Sequence record: MZ443780.1
Strand: one strand, 5' to 3'
Length of the DNA stretch: 64,000 bases
Part shown: piece after piece, positions 35,566 through 44,873 of the stretch
Layout: every line of letters starts with the position of its first letter
How positions within the stretch are numbered: the stretch's first letter is position 1
Notes under the pieces: model-generated
Database searches by the model: none
What the model was told of the DNA's origin: nothing
The model's input: the letters and a program-made list of their open reading frames with translations, nothing else
Position numbers and translations under genes: made by a program

Positions 35566-38283
35566 TCACATATAGCCCATAGTAATCATATTCAGCATCG
35601 GGTCGTCCATAAACACTGGAATCGAATCGAGAGAATGCGTATTACTCTGTCCACCAGATGGACCTCTAGCGCTAGGTCGTGACACAGCGCCACCTTTAGG
35701 TGTGTTAGCAGTCTGTGCTGGTGGTGCGGTAGGTACAGGCATAGCAGGAACTTCTGTTCGAGCAACATCCCCCTCAGTAACTAGAGGTTGTCGATCAACA
35801 GGCGATTCCGGTTGAACAACAGGTTCGATGCGCTTAACATCAGGTGCAGCCGCAGCGACAAGTTCATTCAATCGACGTTCATGTTCCTCAGGAGAAGACT
35901 TAGGCATAACTGGACCGCGGCCTGTAAGATCAGGCAGAGAGTCTTTATTTGCGTCAACTTTGGTATTGCTGTAATCAGTGCCAGTTCCCTTAGGTAAGTC
36001 AGGGAAGCGTTGCGCGATCTTAGCGTCCAGATCCGCGTCTGGGTTATTTACAGCTTTCTTGTTGCGCTCCGCCTCGGCTACCTTGAGCAACACGTCCTTC
36101 TCGTTCTGCGCTCGCGTTGCAACTGATTGCTGCGTTTGCGCTGAACTTGATTTGAAGTAACGGTCGGTCGTAGCGGCTTTATAGTCCTGAATGGTCTTAA
36201 TCAGATCATCGTCGGACATGCCGTTAACGTCTTTGCCTTGCAGTGCATTCGAGATAACGCTTGTACCAGCACCGTACTGAACTGCCGTACTATACAGCAA
36301 CTCTTTAACACCAGCACCACGCTTCGTCAGGTCAATACCCACTTCATTCTGCATCTTCGCAGCAAGCGGCGCATAGTGCGTTCGCGTGATGTAGTCAGAC
36401 TGCGCTTTGTCAAAGTCGGCACCCTGAGTAGCAGCAACGTCTTTATAGACGGAGTTGAACTGCGAGGTTCCCGGAGCAAGACCACCGAAGCGTTGCAAGA
36501 ACGGTTTACCTTCAGGGCTGTTCAGGAAGTTCATCATGCTGCCGTTGTTCGTTGCAAGCTGGTGCTTACCGTAAGACACACCACCAGCATCACCCTGTCC
36601 ACTAGACACAGTGCCAACACCACGGCCGCCTGACTCGAACTGCTCAGACACAGCACCAAGACCGCCCTCAGCAATTGCTTTGTTAGCGATATCGGTTACT
36701 TGCTTACTGTCATAACGTTTAGCAGGTTGCGCTCGCATAGGACCGGCGTAAGTGCCGCCACCGCTACCCATCATGCCGCCCATCATACCCATGAAGCTGA
36801 AAGGCGCTGTAGTAGGTGCAGGGAACTTCGACTTGTCTGCGTTCTCAGCAGTCGTGTCGTTGTACTCGTCCATCTTCTCTTTGCGGTCTTTCTCGCCCTC
36901 AGCAAGCATCTTGTCTGATTCGTCGGTGATCTTGTCAGAGACATATTCACCGATAGAGCTACCGAAGTAATCTCCGAGAATGCCACCGATAGTTGCGCCT
37001 AACGCAGCACCAGCAGCAGTACCCGCTACAGGAACGACAGAACCAAGAACACCGCCAATCCAACCGCCAGCCACTGCACCGAGAGAGCCACCGGTAGCGC
37101 CACCAACGGCAGAGCCAGCAGCCTCTTTCTTAGCCTTAGCTTTCTCTGCATCAGTCATCTCCGTATCAGCGTCGATATGACTGATATTGTTTGCGTACTG
37201 CAAACCATTACCAAGCATTGAGCCTACGACAGGAATCTTCTTCGATGCTCCTGCAAGCAACACAGTCGCACCATCAACAGCGGCGTCCTGCATGATAGAA
37301 GGTACACGCGGTGCTTCGCCTGTAACTTTCTCTTTTGCTGCATCGTCTGCACGTTGTACGTCAGGCGTTTGAGTTACAGGCTGAGGTGCAGTGCTATCTG
37401 GAGACCCTGTGGAAGGAGTCTCAGGCATTCCAGCGCCAGCATTGTTAGCGTTGTCTTGCTCAAACTCCTCTTGTGATTTGTTCTTCAACCACAAGCCACC
37501 AGCAGTTGCAGCAGCTACTCCGGCAAGAGCTAACAGCGCACCAGCTTTACCTTTCAGTCGCGGGAATCGAGAGCGGGGAAGATTGCGCCCCGGGCCCCTG
37601 CGTTGTCCTGCACCCCTGCCGTATCTTCTGCCACGACGATTACGACCACCGGTACGGCGACGACGAGGATTGCGCTCATCAGGACCGAAATCAGGACCGC
37701 CATTATCATTCGAGTCATCTGGGCCTCCATCATCGTTAGCACCAGGAACTCCACCAGCTCCGGGTTGTTGTCCGTGTGGATCTGACTTAGCGCGGTTCTT
37801 CTCTTTGAACGCCTCTTTCTTTTCCCACTCAAGCCAGTCTTCGAGGGCTTTCTGCGTCTTCGTTGAGACTGCGTTACCATCTCGAATAGCTTTGACGATA
37901 TCTTCACCCGACTTCTCACCTGCAATGAACAGGTCTTCGAGTGCCGATTCGACTTCACGTGGGTTAGGCTGCTGCGCTATCGATCGAGGTGTCGCAGACG
38001 CAGTACCTTCATTGACGTAGCGCACACGCTCACGCGCCGACTTCTCACGACGTTCTTTGGCTGCACGGTTCTTAGCACGAGAGCCAGGACCAACGTACAC
38101 AACGTCGTCATCTTCCATCTGCGGATCGTAATCATCGCCTGCAAAATCGAAGCTCGGAGCATCGTTTGCTGCTTTACGTTTACGCTTGCCTTTAGGCATA
38201 CCGGCAACGGAAGACCCAACGTTATCCGCATGTTCGATCATTAGTTCGAGTGCGGACAACTCTCTTTCTTTGGGCTTAGCCAT
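35566..38283 (-). CDS. Tape-measure-like protein with glycine zipper and putative peptidoglycan hydrolase domain
   Basis: Hydrophobic segment, Gly-zipper GAVAGGWIGGVLG...GAALGATIGG, and SEQFESGGRGVGTVSSGQGDAGGVSYGKHQL lysozyme-like motif. Confidence 0.65.
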   Translation of the reverse strand: MAKPKERELSALELMIEHADNVGSSVAGMPKGKRKRKAANDAPSFDFAGDDYDPQMEDDDVVYVGPGSRAKNRAAKERREKSARERVRYVNEGTASATPRSIAQQPNPREVESALEDLFIAGEKSGEDIVKAIRDGNAVSTKTQKALEDWLEWEKKEAFKEKNRAKSDPHGQQPGAGGVPGANDDGGPDDSNDNGGPDFGPDERNPRRRRTGGRNRRGRRYGRGAGQRRGPGRNLPRSRFPRLKGKAGALLALAGVAAATAGGLWLKNKSQEEFEQDNANNAGAGMPETPSTGSPDSTAPQPVTQTPDVQRADDAAKEKVTGEAPRVPSIMQDAAVDGATVLLAGASKKIPVVGSMLGNGLQYANNISHIDADTEMTDAEKAKAKKEAAGSAVGGATGGSLGAVAGGWIGGVLGSVVPVAGTAAGAALGATIGGILGDYFGSSIGEYVSDKITDESDKMLAEGEKDRKEKMDEYNDTTAENADKSKFPAPTTAPFSFMGMMGGMMGSGGGTYAGPMRAQPAKRYDSKQVTDIANKAIAEGGLGAVSEQFESGGRGVGTVSSGQGDAGGVSYGKHQLATNNGSMMNFLNSPEGKPFLQRFGGLAPGTSQFNSVYKDVAATQGADFDKAQSDYITRTHYAPLAAKMQNEVGIDLTKRGAGVKELLYSTAVQYGAGTSVISNALQGKDVNGMSDDDLIKTIQDYKAATTDRYFKSSSAQTQQSVATRAQNEKDVLLKVAEAERNKKAVNNPDADLDAKIAQRFPDLPKGTGTDYSNTKVDANKDSLPDLTGRGPVMPKSSPEEHERRLNELVAAAAPDVKRIEPVVQPESPVDRQPLVTEGDVARTEVPAMPVPTAPPAQTANTPKGGAVSRPSARGPSGGQSNTHSLDSIPVFMDDPMLNMITMGYM

Positions 38284-39128
38284 TATCCACCTCTACGGCC
38301 TCTCTGCGCTGCTAACGCAAGTGCGCGTTGTTCCTCTGCTTTGTTCTTATCGTGAACGTAGGCACTATGCCAGTAAAGCAGTTTATTGATCGTTATATCG
38401 TCCGGAACATAGATGCCTTTAGCTGACGCAAGGTCGAGCGTCATATTCATCATGGACGTGTCAGAGAACACACGGAAGTAACCGAGAATATCAATCGGCG
38501 TTCTGTACGTGTACGTGCGGAAACAACGGTTGCACTTATGCGTTGTCTCAAGCTCACAGCTAACGAACACGTAGTTACCTGCTTCGATTAACTCAACAGG
38601 GTCAGTGTATTCTAAGGTTTGTTCGAGAGGCACATCGCTATCAATGTACATCGCGTTCATAACTTGCGTTCTGTTATGAGTCTCTGCAAGGAGTTCTGCT
38701 TCAACCCAACGCTGAACAGTAGGATGACGCAAGCCTTTAGGAAGCTCGCGCCACTTATGAGTCAGAATCTTCTGGCGCATTACCTCTTCGGTGTTGAGCA
38801 TGTTGCAATCAACTTCGAGGAACTTGCGACCATGAGGCCTGTCGTAATACCGTTCACCGCGCATATCAACGAAGAACGGTTGTGTGCATCGCCACTCATA
38901 CAGACGATGCGACTGCGGCCAACTATTCCTGTCGAACATTGCCAGCATGTAACGGAAGTCTTCGAGGTACATCTCTCTGATCTTCACGTTCGTAAAACGC
39001 TGCAACGTATCAACAAAGAGTTCAGGCAGTTTGTGCTTCTGGGCGTTGAACAGACTAGACATTGCGTTTGCAGTTATCTGGTCGATACGCACATCAGTCC
39101 TGCCTGACGGTACATAGATCTCTAACAT
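38283..39128 (-). CDS. Baseplate hub / tail assembly chaperone (gp26-like), C-terminal CxxC
   Basis: VPSGR N-terminus, CNRC; paralog-like to 39128..39811; upstream of the tape measure gene. Confidence 0.55.
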   Translation of the reverse strand: MLEIYVPSGRTDVRIDQITANAMSSLFNAQKHKLPELFVDTLQRFTNVKIREMYLEDFRYMLAMFDRNSWPQSHRLYEWRCTQPFFVDMRGERYYDRPHGRKFLEVDCNMLNTEEVMRQKILTHKWRELPKGLRHPTVQRWVEAELLAETHNRTQVMNAMYIDSDVPLEQTLEYTDPVELIEAGNYVFVSCELETTHKCNRCFRTYTYRTPIDILGYFRVFSDTSMMNMTLDLASAKGIYVPDDITINKLLYWHSAYVHDKNKAEEQRALALAAQRGRRGG

Positions 39129-39811
39129 CAGTTAACAAACACCGAAGGGTTCAGGTCCCATGTGCGTGTGCTCTTACGTCCACAGTGAGGGCACGGCAGT
39201 TCGATATCTGTCAGCAGACCGTGACGAGAAGCTCTTACCCATTCAGAGAGTTCAAGCCACAGCGTCAGGTCTTGTTGTTCTTCAAGACGTGCGACACTGG
39301 CATCGAAGTTAGGTCCCATGTGCGCTACGTGCCACCCGAACATATCCTCAGAAGCGCGTTCATAGTGACGCATACGAGGCAGGTCGAAGTGCTCATGTTC
39401 TGCGTTAAGCATCGCTACGGTCATTGATGTTTCATCGACAACACCCACGTTGTTTGCAGCGCACGGGAACGTATTGATAGCAGCACCTTCAAGGCGCAAC
39501 TCATTAACGATACCGTCGGAATATTCAAACAGCGGTTTATTGCAGCGCCAGTAAGTACGCAACGGCATCACTGAGTTCATCCACATACGCTGTTGGAAGA
39601 CAAGCGCAAAAGCGTCAGGGATAGTCATCTCTTCCAGCTTAACGTTCAGGCAAGGTGCGAGAGCGTCTAACAGGATGTACTTCATATCCTTCGAGTCGAT
39701 AGCCTTTGCAATAGCTCGGTTCTCTTTGCCACCGAAGCGGCGCATCTCGAATACTTCTGGCAGTTGCGCTTTATAACCACGCGACGGTAAACTCGCTGTT
39801 TGAATTTCCAT
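39128..39811 (-). CDS. Baseplate hub / tail assembly chaperone (gp26-like), C-terminal CxxC
   Basis: LPSRG..Y N-terminus, IPDAFALVFQQR, LPCPHCG. Confidence 0.6.
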   Translation of the reverse strand: MEIQTASLPSRGYKAQLPEVFEMRRFGGKENRAIAKAIDSKDMKYILLDALAPCLNVKLEEMTIPDAFALVFQQRMWMNSVMPLRTYWRCNKPLFEYSDGIVNELRLEGAAINTFPCAANNVGVVDETSMTVAMLNAEHEHFDLPRMRHYERASEDMFGWHVAHMGPNFDASVARLEEQQDLTLWLELSEWVRASRHGLLTDIELPCPHCGRKSTRTWDLNPSVFVN

Positions 39812-39821
39812 TGTTCTTATC

Positions 39822-40334
39822 TCACATCATAGGACGGGAAACATCGAGAGCCATTTGAACAGACCACATTGCTCGGCCACCGGTACCGTTAAGCGTAATG
39901 CTTTGACCGCCGATTGGCCAGCAGTTGCGGAGCTGTTGTTCGCCAACCATTTGCCCTTGGTTGTCGTATAGCTCAATGATAATGTTTTTCTTGTACGCAG
40001 ACGGCAATCTAAAACCGCCAGTGTACGGGTTCTGAATCAAGTTCTGCCACGCAGTCATATACTTCATGACTGCGAGCTTCTGGTCAAGACCAAACAGTAA
40101 GCTGAAACCATCAACGCTCGAACCATGCGGCCAGTTGATTTGCACAGTGGCCACTTCTTTGGACTTTTGTTGATAGACAGAGAACGGCAGGTCTACCTCT
40201 TCACAGGCGAATGGGCTTAACGTGTAATTACCAATTACAGGAAACTCACGTACACGCCACTTGTCTTGCATGAAGGGATCGTCAAGGCCAGGTGCAGATG
40301 AATCATTCAGGTCGTCAAGCGTCGGCAGTGGCAT
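39822..40334 (-). CDS. Tail tube-like protein (second tube paralog)
   Basis: DPFMQDKW...AWQNLI...YKKNIIIELYDNQG...LRNCWP parallels 41063..41575. Confidence 0.75.
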   Translation of the reverse strand: MPLPTLDDLNDSSAPGLDDPFMQDKWRVREFPVIGNYTLSPFACEEVDLPFSVYQQKSKEVATVQINWPHGSSVDGFSLLFGLDQKLAVMKYMTAWQNLIQNPYTGGFRLPSAYKKNIIIELYDNQGQMVGEQQLRNCWPIGGQSITLNGTGGRAMWSVQMALDVSRPMM

Positions 40335-40336
40335 GA

Positions 40337-41011
40337 TTAGTCCTCTACAATAATAAGCACAGGTCTAACTGCATCATCGAACTTGAGGAACGTAGCGCCA
40401 ACCAAATAGCCGCCATTCTCTACCTGTTTGACAACAGCTTTCTCCAGCTCTGTCTCCCACTTGTCACGCTGGTTGGCTTTATAGCCTTCAAACGTTTCAG
40501 TCGCGTCATAGTAGTTATAGGTTCCACCAGTCGGCATAGGGATACGTGCGAGGAACTGCAATCGACCAGCGTTCTTAAACTTAGTCTTGTGCAGTGCTTG
40601 AGTCAGCTTAGTGTCTTCGGCTTTAGAGCCAGGGACAGCTTTGAAGATCTTCTTCGGTTGTGGTTCTTTCGGTGCGGCAGGAAGTTTCTCACGCGCTGGC
40701 GTATTCTTATCAGTCGCTTTCTTCACGCGTATGCCTGACACAGTGCCAGTAAACGGACGACTACGCCCGAGCAGCGAACGTGCAGTAGCAGCATCGACTT
40801 CAAACACTACTGACGGATCATCCTTATGCAGCACATAGAACTTATTGCGCTTCGCAGCCTTGATACCGAACACATCTTTTTCTTCGATATCGGCTTCGTG
40901 CTCTTTGTTCTCAATGCTAACTCTGCGCTTACCTTCGAAGCGATACCAGTCGCAATCTTGAATCGCAATGTCTGGTAGTTTACGTGCGCTTTCGCTCAGT
41001 AGAATAAGCAT
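40337..41011 (-). CDS. Hypothetical protein (224 aa) carrying the shared ~60-aa module
   Basis: MLILLSESA then WYRFEGK...EKDVFG...FYVLHKDDPSVVF. Confidence 0.7.
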   Translation of the reverse strand: MLILLSESARKLPDIAIQDCDWYRFEGKRRVSIENKEHEADIEEKDVFGIKAAKRNKFYVLHKDDPSVVFEVDAATARSLLGRSRPFTGTVSGIRVKKATDKNTPAREKLPAAPKEPQPKKIFKAVPGSKAEDTKLTQALHKTKFKNAGRLQFLARIPMPTGGTYNYYDATETFEGYKANQRDKWETELEKAVVKQVENGGYLVGATFLKFDDAVRPVLIIVED

Positions 41012-41020
41012 AGTGTCTCC

Positions 41021-41056
41021 AAAACGAAAAAGGGCCAGAACGAATCTTGGCCCTTG
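41021..41056 (-). terminator. Intrinsic terminator after the tail tube gene
   Basis: AGGGCCAA-GATTCGTT-CTGGCCCT-TTTTCGTTTT. Confidence 0.75.
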
Positions 41057-41062
41057 TGTTTC

Positions 41063-41575
41063 TTACGATGCGAGTTCGGCGTAGTCGAAGGACCATTCGA
41101 TTGATACCGGAACAGCCTGCGCAGCACCGGAGAACTGCAAGTCAGGAACCTGCTTAGGCCACACACCGTAGATGTTGTACTCTGCTACTACTGAACCGTC
41201 CATATCGAAGATACGGAAGATTGCTTTGGTCGCGTAGTCAGCTTTACGTGCGCCCAGCTGGGTTTGAGTAGCACGAACGAACTGGTGCCATTCTTCCAAC
41301 TGTTTGTACACAGCCATTTCAGAGTTTTCGTTATACTCGGTTGAGAGCGCGTGAGAGAAGATCTTACGACCAGCGTAGTTGAGCTGGTGGCCGAACGCTT
41401 CTTTCAGCACTTCTTCCAGAGTAGAGCCTGGCTTAACACCAGTCTTACAGAACAGGCGCAGAGTACGCGCATAGTCTGTACCGCCAACAGGCGGGTTAGG
41501 GATCAGGAACTCGAAGTTGTCATCGAGTAACGGATCTTTCGTAGACGAAAATTCGTCAAGAGTTACCTTAGGCAT
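41063..41575 (-). CDS. Tail tube protein (T4 gp19-like)
   Basis: Follows the sheath; DPLLDDNFEF, QLEEWH, IFDMDG...YNIYGVWP, SIEWSFD. Confidence 0.85.
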   Translation of the reverse strand: MPKVTLDEFSSTKDPLLDDNFEFLIPNPPVGGTDYARTLRLFCKTGVKPGSTLEEVLKEAFGHQLNYAGRKIFSHALSTEYNENSEMAVYKQLEEWHQFVRATQTQLGARKADYATKAIFRIFDMDGSVVAEYNIYGVWPKQVPDLQFSGAAQAVPVSIEWSFDYAELAS

Positions 41576-41585
41576 CTAAAGCTCC

Positions 41586-43271
41586 TTAGAGTGCGCCAGA
41601 CTGAATGAGTTGCAGCGCGTACTGGATATCGCCAACAGGCGGCACGATAGCAGTTACGTGAATGCGTTTGGTGTAGCGAGTAGGGTCAAGGAACACGTCG
41701 ATGATCAGATCGCCACGCGCTTCGTCTTCTGCGGTGTTGTTTGAATAGTTACAAACAACTTCATACCAGCGTAAACCACGACCGGTCTTAATCGGTTCGA
41801 GGATTGCTTCCATCGCAGACTTCTGGCGCTGTTTCAGAATGTCGTCGTTCGGTTCGAAGACAGCACTCAGGTTGTTAGCGCGAGCAGAAGCGTGAAGCAT
41901 TGCCAGCAGACGACGAATGCCGATATCCTGCAGCGGAGACTTCGTTGTGTAAGTGGTATCAGCACCCCACATGAAGATACCTTCGCCTTCGAAGATCGCA
42001 ATCGGGTTAATCTGGTTGTCTACCAGAATGTCGCGGTCGCCTTGTTTGAAGCGATAGCGCACATCAGTAGCGAAGTCCAGCTTACCACGATTCATACCGC
42101 CAGGTGCCAACCACGATGCTACTTGGTCAGCAGTCAACATGCAGTACGCCATGCACACAGACGCAGGGACATAGAAGTCACGCGCGTTGTCGTTATCACG
42201 GGTCTTAACGTCAGCGTTCGAAAGCGCAGACCAAGAACCGATGATAGAGAACTCTGCTTGCTGGTACGGCTTGTTGCCACGACGATACGCCACAGCGCTA
42301 TCACGCGCTTGCAGACTGACAGGCACACCGTGAGTAGCGATACAGTCCATGCGGCTTTCGGCCAGCGTATCAATCTTGTTCGCAATCACAGGATGCTCAA
42401 GGCCACCGGAACACAGAATGCCAGCCTGAACATCTTCCCAGTCACGATAGTTATCCCACGCGCTAAGAACAGCAGACAGACTCTGGTTAGCGATAGTCGC
42501 ATCAGAGTGGTCAACGTCAATCACAGCACCGTCGCTACCACCAGTGAACTGACCGTTCGGAGCAGTCGGGTTCGTTGGGTCAGCAGGGCCACCGCCGATG
42601 GAGTTAATGACCACATAGTTCGGGTCTTCCAGCAGCTTGTAGTGGTTCGCATTCAGCTTAACGCGAATGTACTTCGAGTTAACGTTGATAACGTCTTCAA
42701 TGAAGAACTGATTGCCCGCTTCGTCTTTGTAGTAGCGCGTTGTAACAGTGTGCGTTTCCAGCGGCGTGAGATAGCCGACTTGGTACACTTTGATCAGGGA
42801 CTTATAGCCCAGAGGATCTGTTACGTCAGGCTCGAACGTGATGTACAGGTTGTTCGCCGCTGCGTACTGAGACAGAGAGTAGATCAGGCAGATATCGCGA
42901 TCAGAGAAAGCGACTTGCTCTGGGTCTGTCAAGCCCGCATTGCCAACAGGACGGCAGGTAGCGAAGTTGTTATAAGTTGTGATAAACACACCTGCGAATT
43001 TCACAGAGAGAGCGACACGCGTGATGTTCAGCTTGGTTGCTTTCGTCATCAAAATCTTTGCGATCTGGACGTTGTTAGCATAAGGACCCGTTGCTGGACC
43101 AAAAAGCGCGTCAATCTCATCTTTAGAGGTAACAGTTGTGTTAACACCTACAGGTCCGCGAGGCATCGGCATAACCAGAGTACACATGCCAAACTGCACA
43201 AGTGACGCTTGGTTGCTGCGGTCATTCTCCTGCGAATAGACCCCCGGAGAGGGGTGATTAGGTTGTAACAT
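41586..43271 (-). CDS. Tail sheath protein
   Basis: PSPGVYSQEND N-terminus, FTGGSDG, WLAPGGMNRG, NQINPI, IGIRRLL...FEPND. Confidence 0.93.
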   Translation of the reverse strand: MLQPNHPSPGVYSQENDRSNQASLVQFGMCTLVMPMPRGPVGVNTTVTSKDEIDALFGPATGPYANNVQIAKILMTKATKLNITRVALSVKFAGVFITTYNNFATCRPVGNAGLTDPEQVAFSDRDICLIYSLSQYAAANNLYITFEPDVTDPLGYKSLIKVYQVGYLTPLETHTVTTRYYKDEAGNQFFIEDVINVNSKYIRVKLNANHYKLLEDPNYVVINSIGGGPADPTNPTAPNGQFTGGSDGAVIDVDHSDATIANQSLSAVLSAWDNYRDWEDVQAGILCSGGLEHPVIANKIDTLAESRMDCIATHGVPVSLQARDSAVAYRRGNKPYQQAEFSIIGSWSALSNADVKTRDNDNARDFYVPASVCMAYCMLTADQVASWLAPGGMNRGKLDFATDVRYRFKQGDRDILVDNQINPIAIFEGEGIFMWGADTTYTTKSPLQDIGIRRLLAMLHASARANNLSAVFEPNDDILKQRQKSAMEAILEPIKTGRGLRWYEVVCNYSNNTAEDEARGDLIIDVFLDPTRYTKRIHVTAIVPPVGDIQYALQLIQSGAL

Positions 43272-43313
43272 CGTGAATCTCCATAAGAATGGGCATCGTG
43301 TAACGACTGTATG

Positions 43314-43321
43314 AAATTAGC
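43314..43321 (-). promoter_or_regulatory. Candidate late promoter motif GCTAATTT
   Basis: Intergenic, 43 nt before the sheath start. Confidence 0.55.
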
Positions 43322-43327
43322 GAGAAC

Positions 43328-43672
43328 TCAATAGCAAACCAGATTAACTCGCTGATCCACGTCACTTACCAGAACTGATTGTGCCATTTGTCCAGTAAAG
43401 ACGAACTGCCCTTCAATGACCATCTGGCCACCAGCGAACTGGAGAATGATAGGCTCTGCGGTATCAATGTACAGCAGCCCTTTAATCTCAGGCACTTGAT
43501 AGCCTTTAGGTCCTACGACGATAGATTGCTGTTGAATCATACCATCCAGCGGAATACCAACGGCGGAGGATTGACGCGAGAGCACAGCATTCTGCCTGTC
43601 GCTTACTGAACGCACACGCGTATCAATGACTAACGTGCGGTCAAGTTTGCGGTACTTCTGACGAGTGTACAT
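43328..43672 (-). CDS. Hypothetical structural protein (114 aa)
   Basis: Tandem ORF between the tail completion-like gene and the sheath. Confidence 0.65.
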   Translation of the reverse strand: MYTRQKYRKLDRTLVIDTRVRSVSDRQNAVLSRQSSAVGIPLDGMIQQQSIVVGPKGYQVPEIKGLLYIDTAEPIILQFAGGQMVIEGQFVFTGQMAQSVLVSDVDQRVNLVCY

Positions 43673-44361
43673 TAATCTTCTTCCTCCTCATCGTCTGGCT
43701 CTACAGCAGCGGCTTTGGGCAAGTCCATGTCGATCTCAATGTCTTCGGTGATTTCACCGTAGTTGTTGATCTTAGCTTGCTCCAGATTGAAACCAATCTT
43801 GGTCTTAATCGTGATTGGAATCTCAAGCTCAAAGCTGCCGGGCGTACTACCGTCATCGAGGTCTTCGATATTAGGCAGCGGGATACTATCACCTTCAACC
43901 TGAACACGCACAGTCCATTCAGCAGTAGGCATGATGATTTTAAAACTAAGCAGCTCAGAGATTGAGGCAATCAGCAACTGTTGGGAGAACAGAAGCGCTT
44001 GGTCAACGTTCATGAACTTAACGAACAACGTACCAGAAAGCGTTACAGGGAAGTAATAGTTCGTCACGACAATAGCGTTCGTGTCGTGCTCACCAATAGC
44101 CCAGCCGCTGCCGTGACGCGATACGTTCTTAGGGTTACCGAGAAGCTCACGGTCGAATGCCATTGTAGGCAGTTTGAACCAACCGTACGGATAGTCAGTG
44201 CTGTAGTTGTTCGTAGCACGAATACCCTGCTTCGGGTTGTTATGCACAGACCAGACGAAACGCTTTAAGTTAAAGCCCTGTCTGAATTGTCGCTGGAAGC
44301 CAAAGATGGTTGCTTTCAACGACGTGCTATTCTTGAGCATACCAGCAAGGTTTGCACTCAT
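43672..44361 (-). CDS. Tail completion / terminator protein (T4 gp15-like)
   Basis: Track ORF 43672..44439; start revised to MSANL at 44361 (GGAG SD; upstream part is a terminator); YYFPVTLSGTL and FELEIPITIKT strands; position between capsid and sheath. Confidence 0.55.
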   Translation of the reverse strand: MSANLAGMLKNSTSLKATIFGFQRQFRQGFNLKRFVWSVHNNPKQGIRATNNYSTDYPYGWFKLPTMAFDRELLGNPKNVSRHGSGWAIGEHDTNAIVVTNYYFPVTLSGTLFVKFMNVDQALLFSQQLLIASISELLSFKIIMPTAEWTVRVQVEGDSIPLPNIEDLDDGSTPGSFELEIPITIKTKIGFNLEQAKINNYGEITEDIEIDMDLPKAAAVEPDDEEEED

Positions 44362-44379
44362 TTTAGGTGCTCCAGATAC

Positions 44380-44409
44380 AAAAAAGGGCAGCCTATTGGC
44401 CACCCTTTT
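44380..44409 (-). terminator. Intrinsic terminator after the capsid operon
   Basis: AAAAGGGTGGCC-AATA-GGCTGCCC-TTTTTT. Confidence 0.8.
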
Positions 44410-44428
44410 GGTTACCCGTAATCGGGTG

Positions 44429-44821
44429 TTAGTCGTCAAGTCGTAAGCGAATCAATGTTGAAGGGGCAGAGGATTCAGAATCAACTTCGTCCTCTTGCTC
44501 GTCTTCTAATTCGTCTTCAACTTCATCATCAGAGTTCAGGCTGATAACTTCGTCGTCGTGTAACGGCTCGGCTACTTCTTCCTCGGCGTTAAGCTCTAAA
44601 GCAGCAGACAGCGCGGCAACGGATTCGCCCATCCCAGAAGCGTTACTCACCGAGTTAACAAGGCACGAAGCCTCGAAGTTATCAGCGAGTTCGCATTCGA
44701 GGAAGTCCTCAGTGTCTGGTGCTACAGAAGCCTGCGCAAGCAAGCGAGCAGCATCAACCCACTGTCCTTCACGCGCTGCGATGATTGCCAGTGCAGCTAA
44801 GGAACCAGTCAAAGTCTTCAT
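44429..44821 (-). CDS. Acidic protein downstream of the major capsid gene
   Basis: 130 aa, Glu/Asp-rich C-terminus, S-V-S and S-E-S motifs; GAGGA SD. Confidence 0.7.
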   Translation of the reverse strand: MKTLTGSLAALAIIAAREGQWVDAARLLAQASVAPDTEDFLECELADNFEASCLVNSVSNASGMGESVAALSAALELNAEEEVAEPLHDDEVISLNSDDEVEDELEDEQEDEVDSESSAPSTLIRLRLDD

Positions 44822-44873
44822 GTTTGGTCCTCAGTTAAGAGGGCAACATTACGCTGCCCTCAATGCACGACAA

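Noticed and set aside
38283-39811. Programmed -1 frameshift of the lambda G/GT type
   Set aside because: No X XXY YYZ slippery site seen at the junction; a simple TGATG stop-start overlap explains it.
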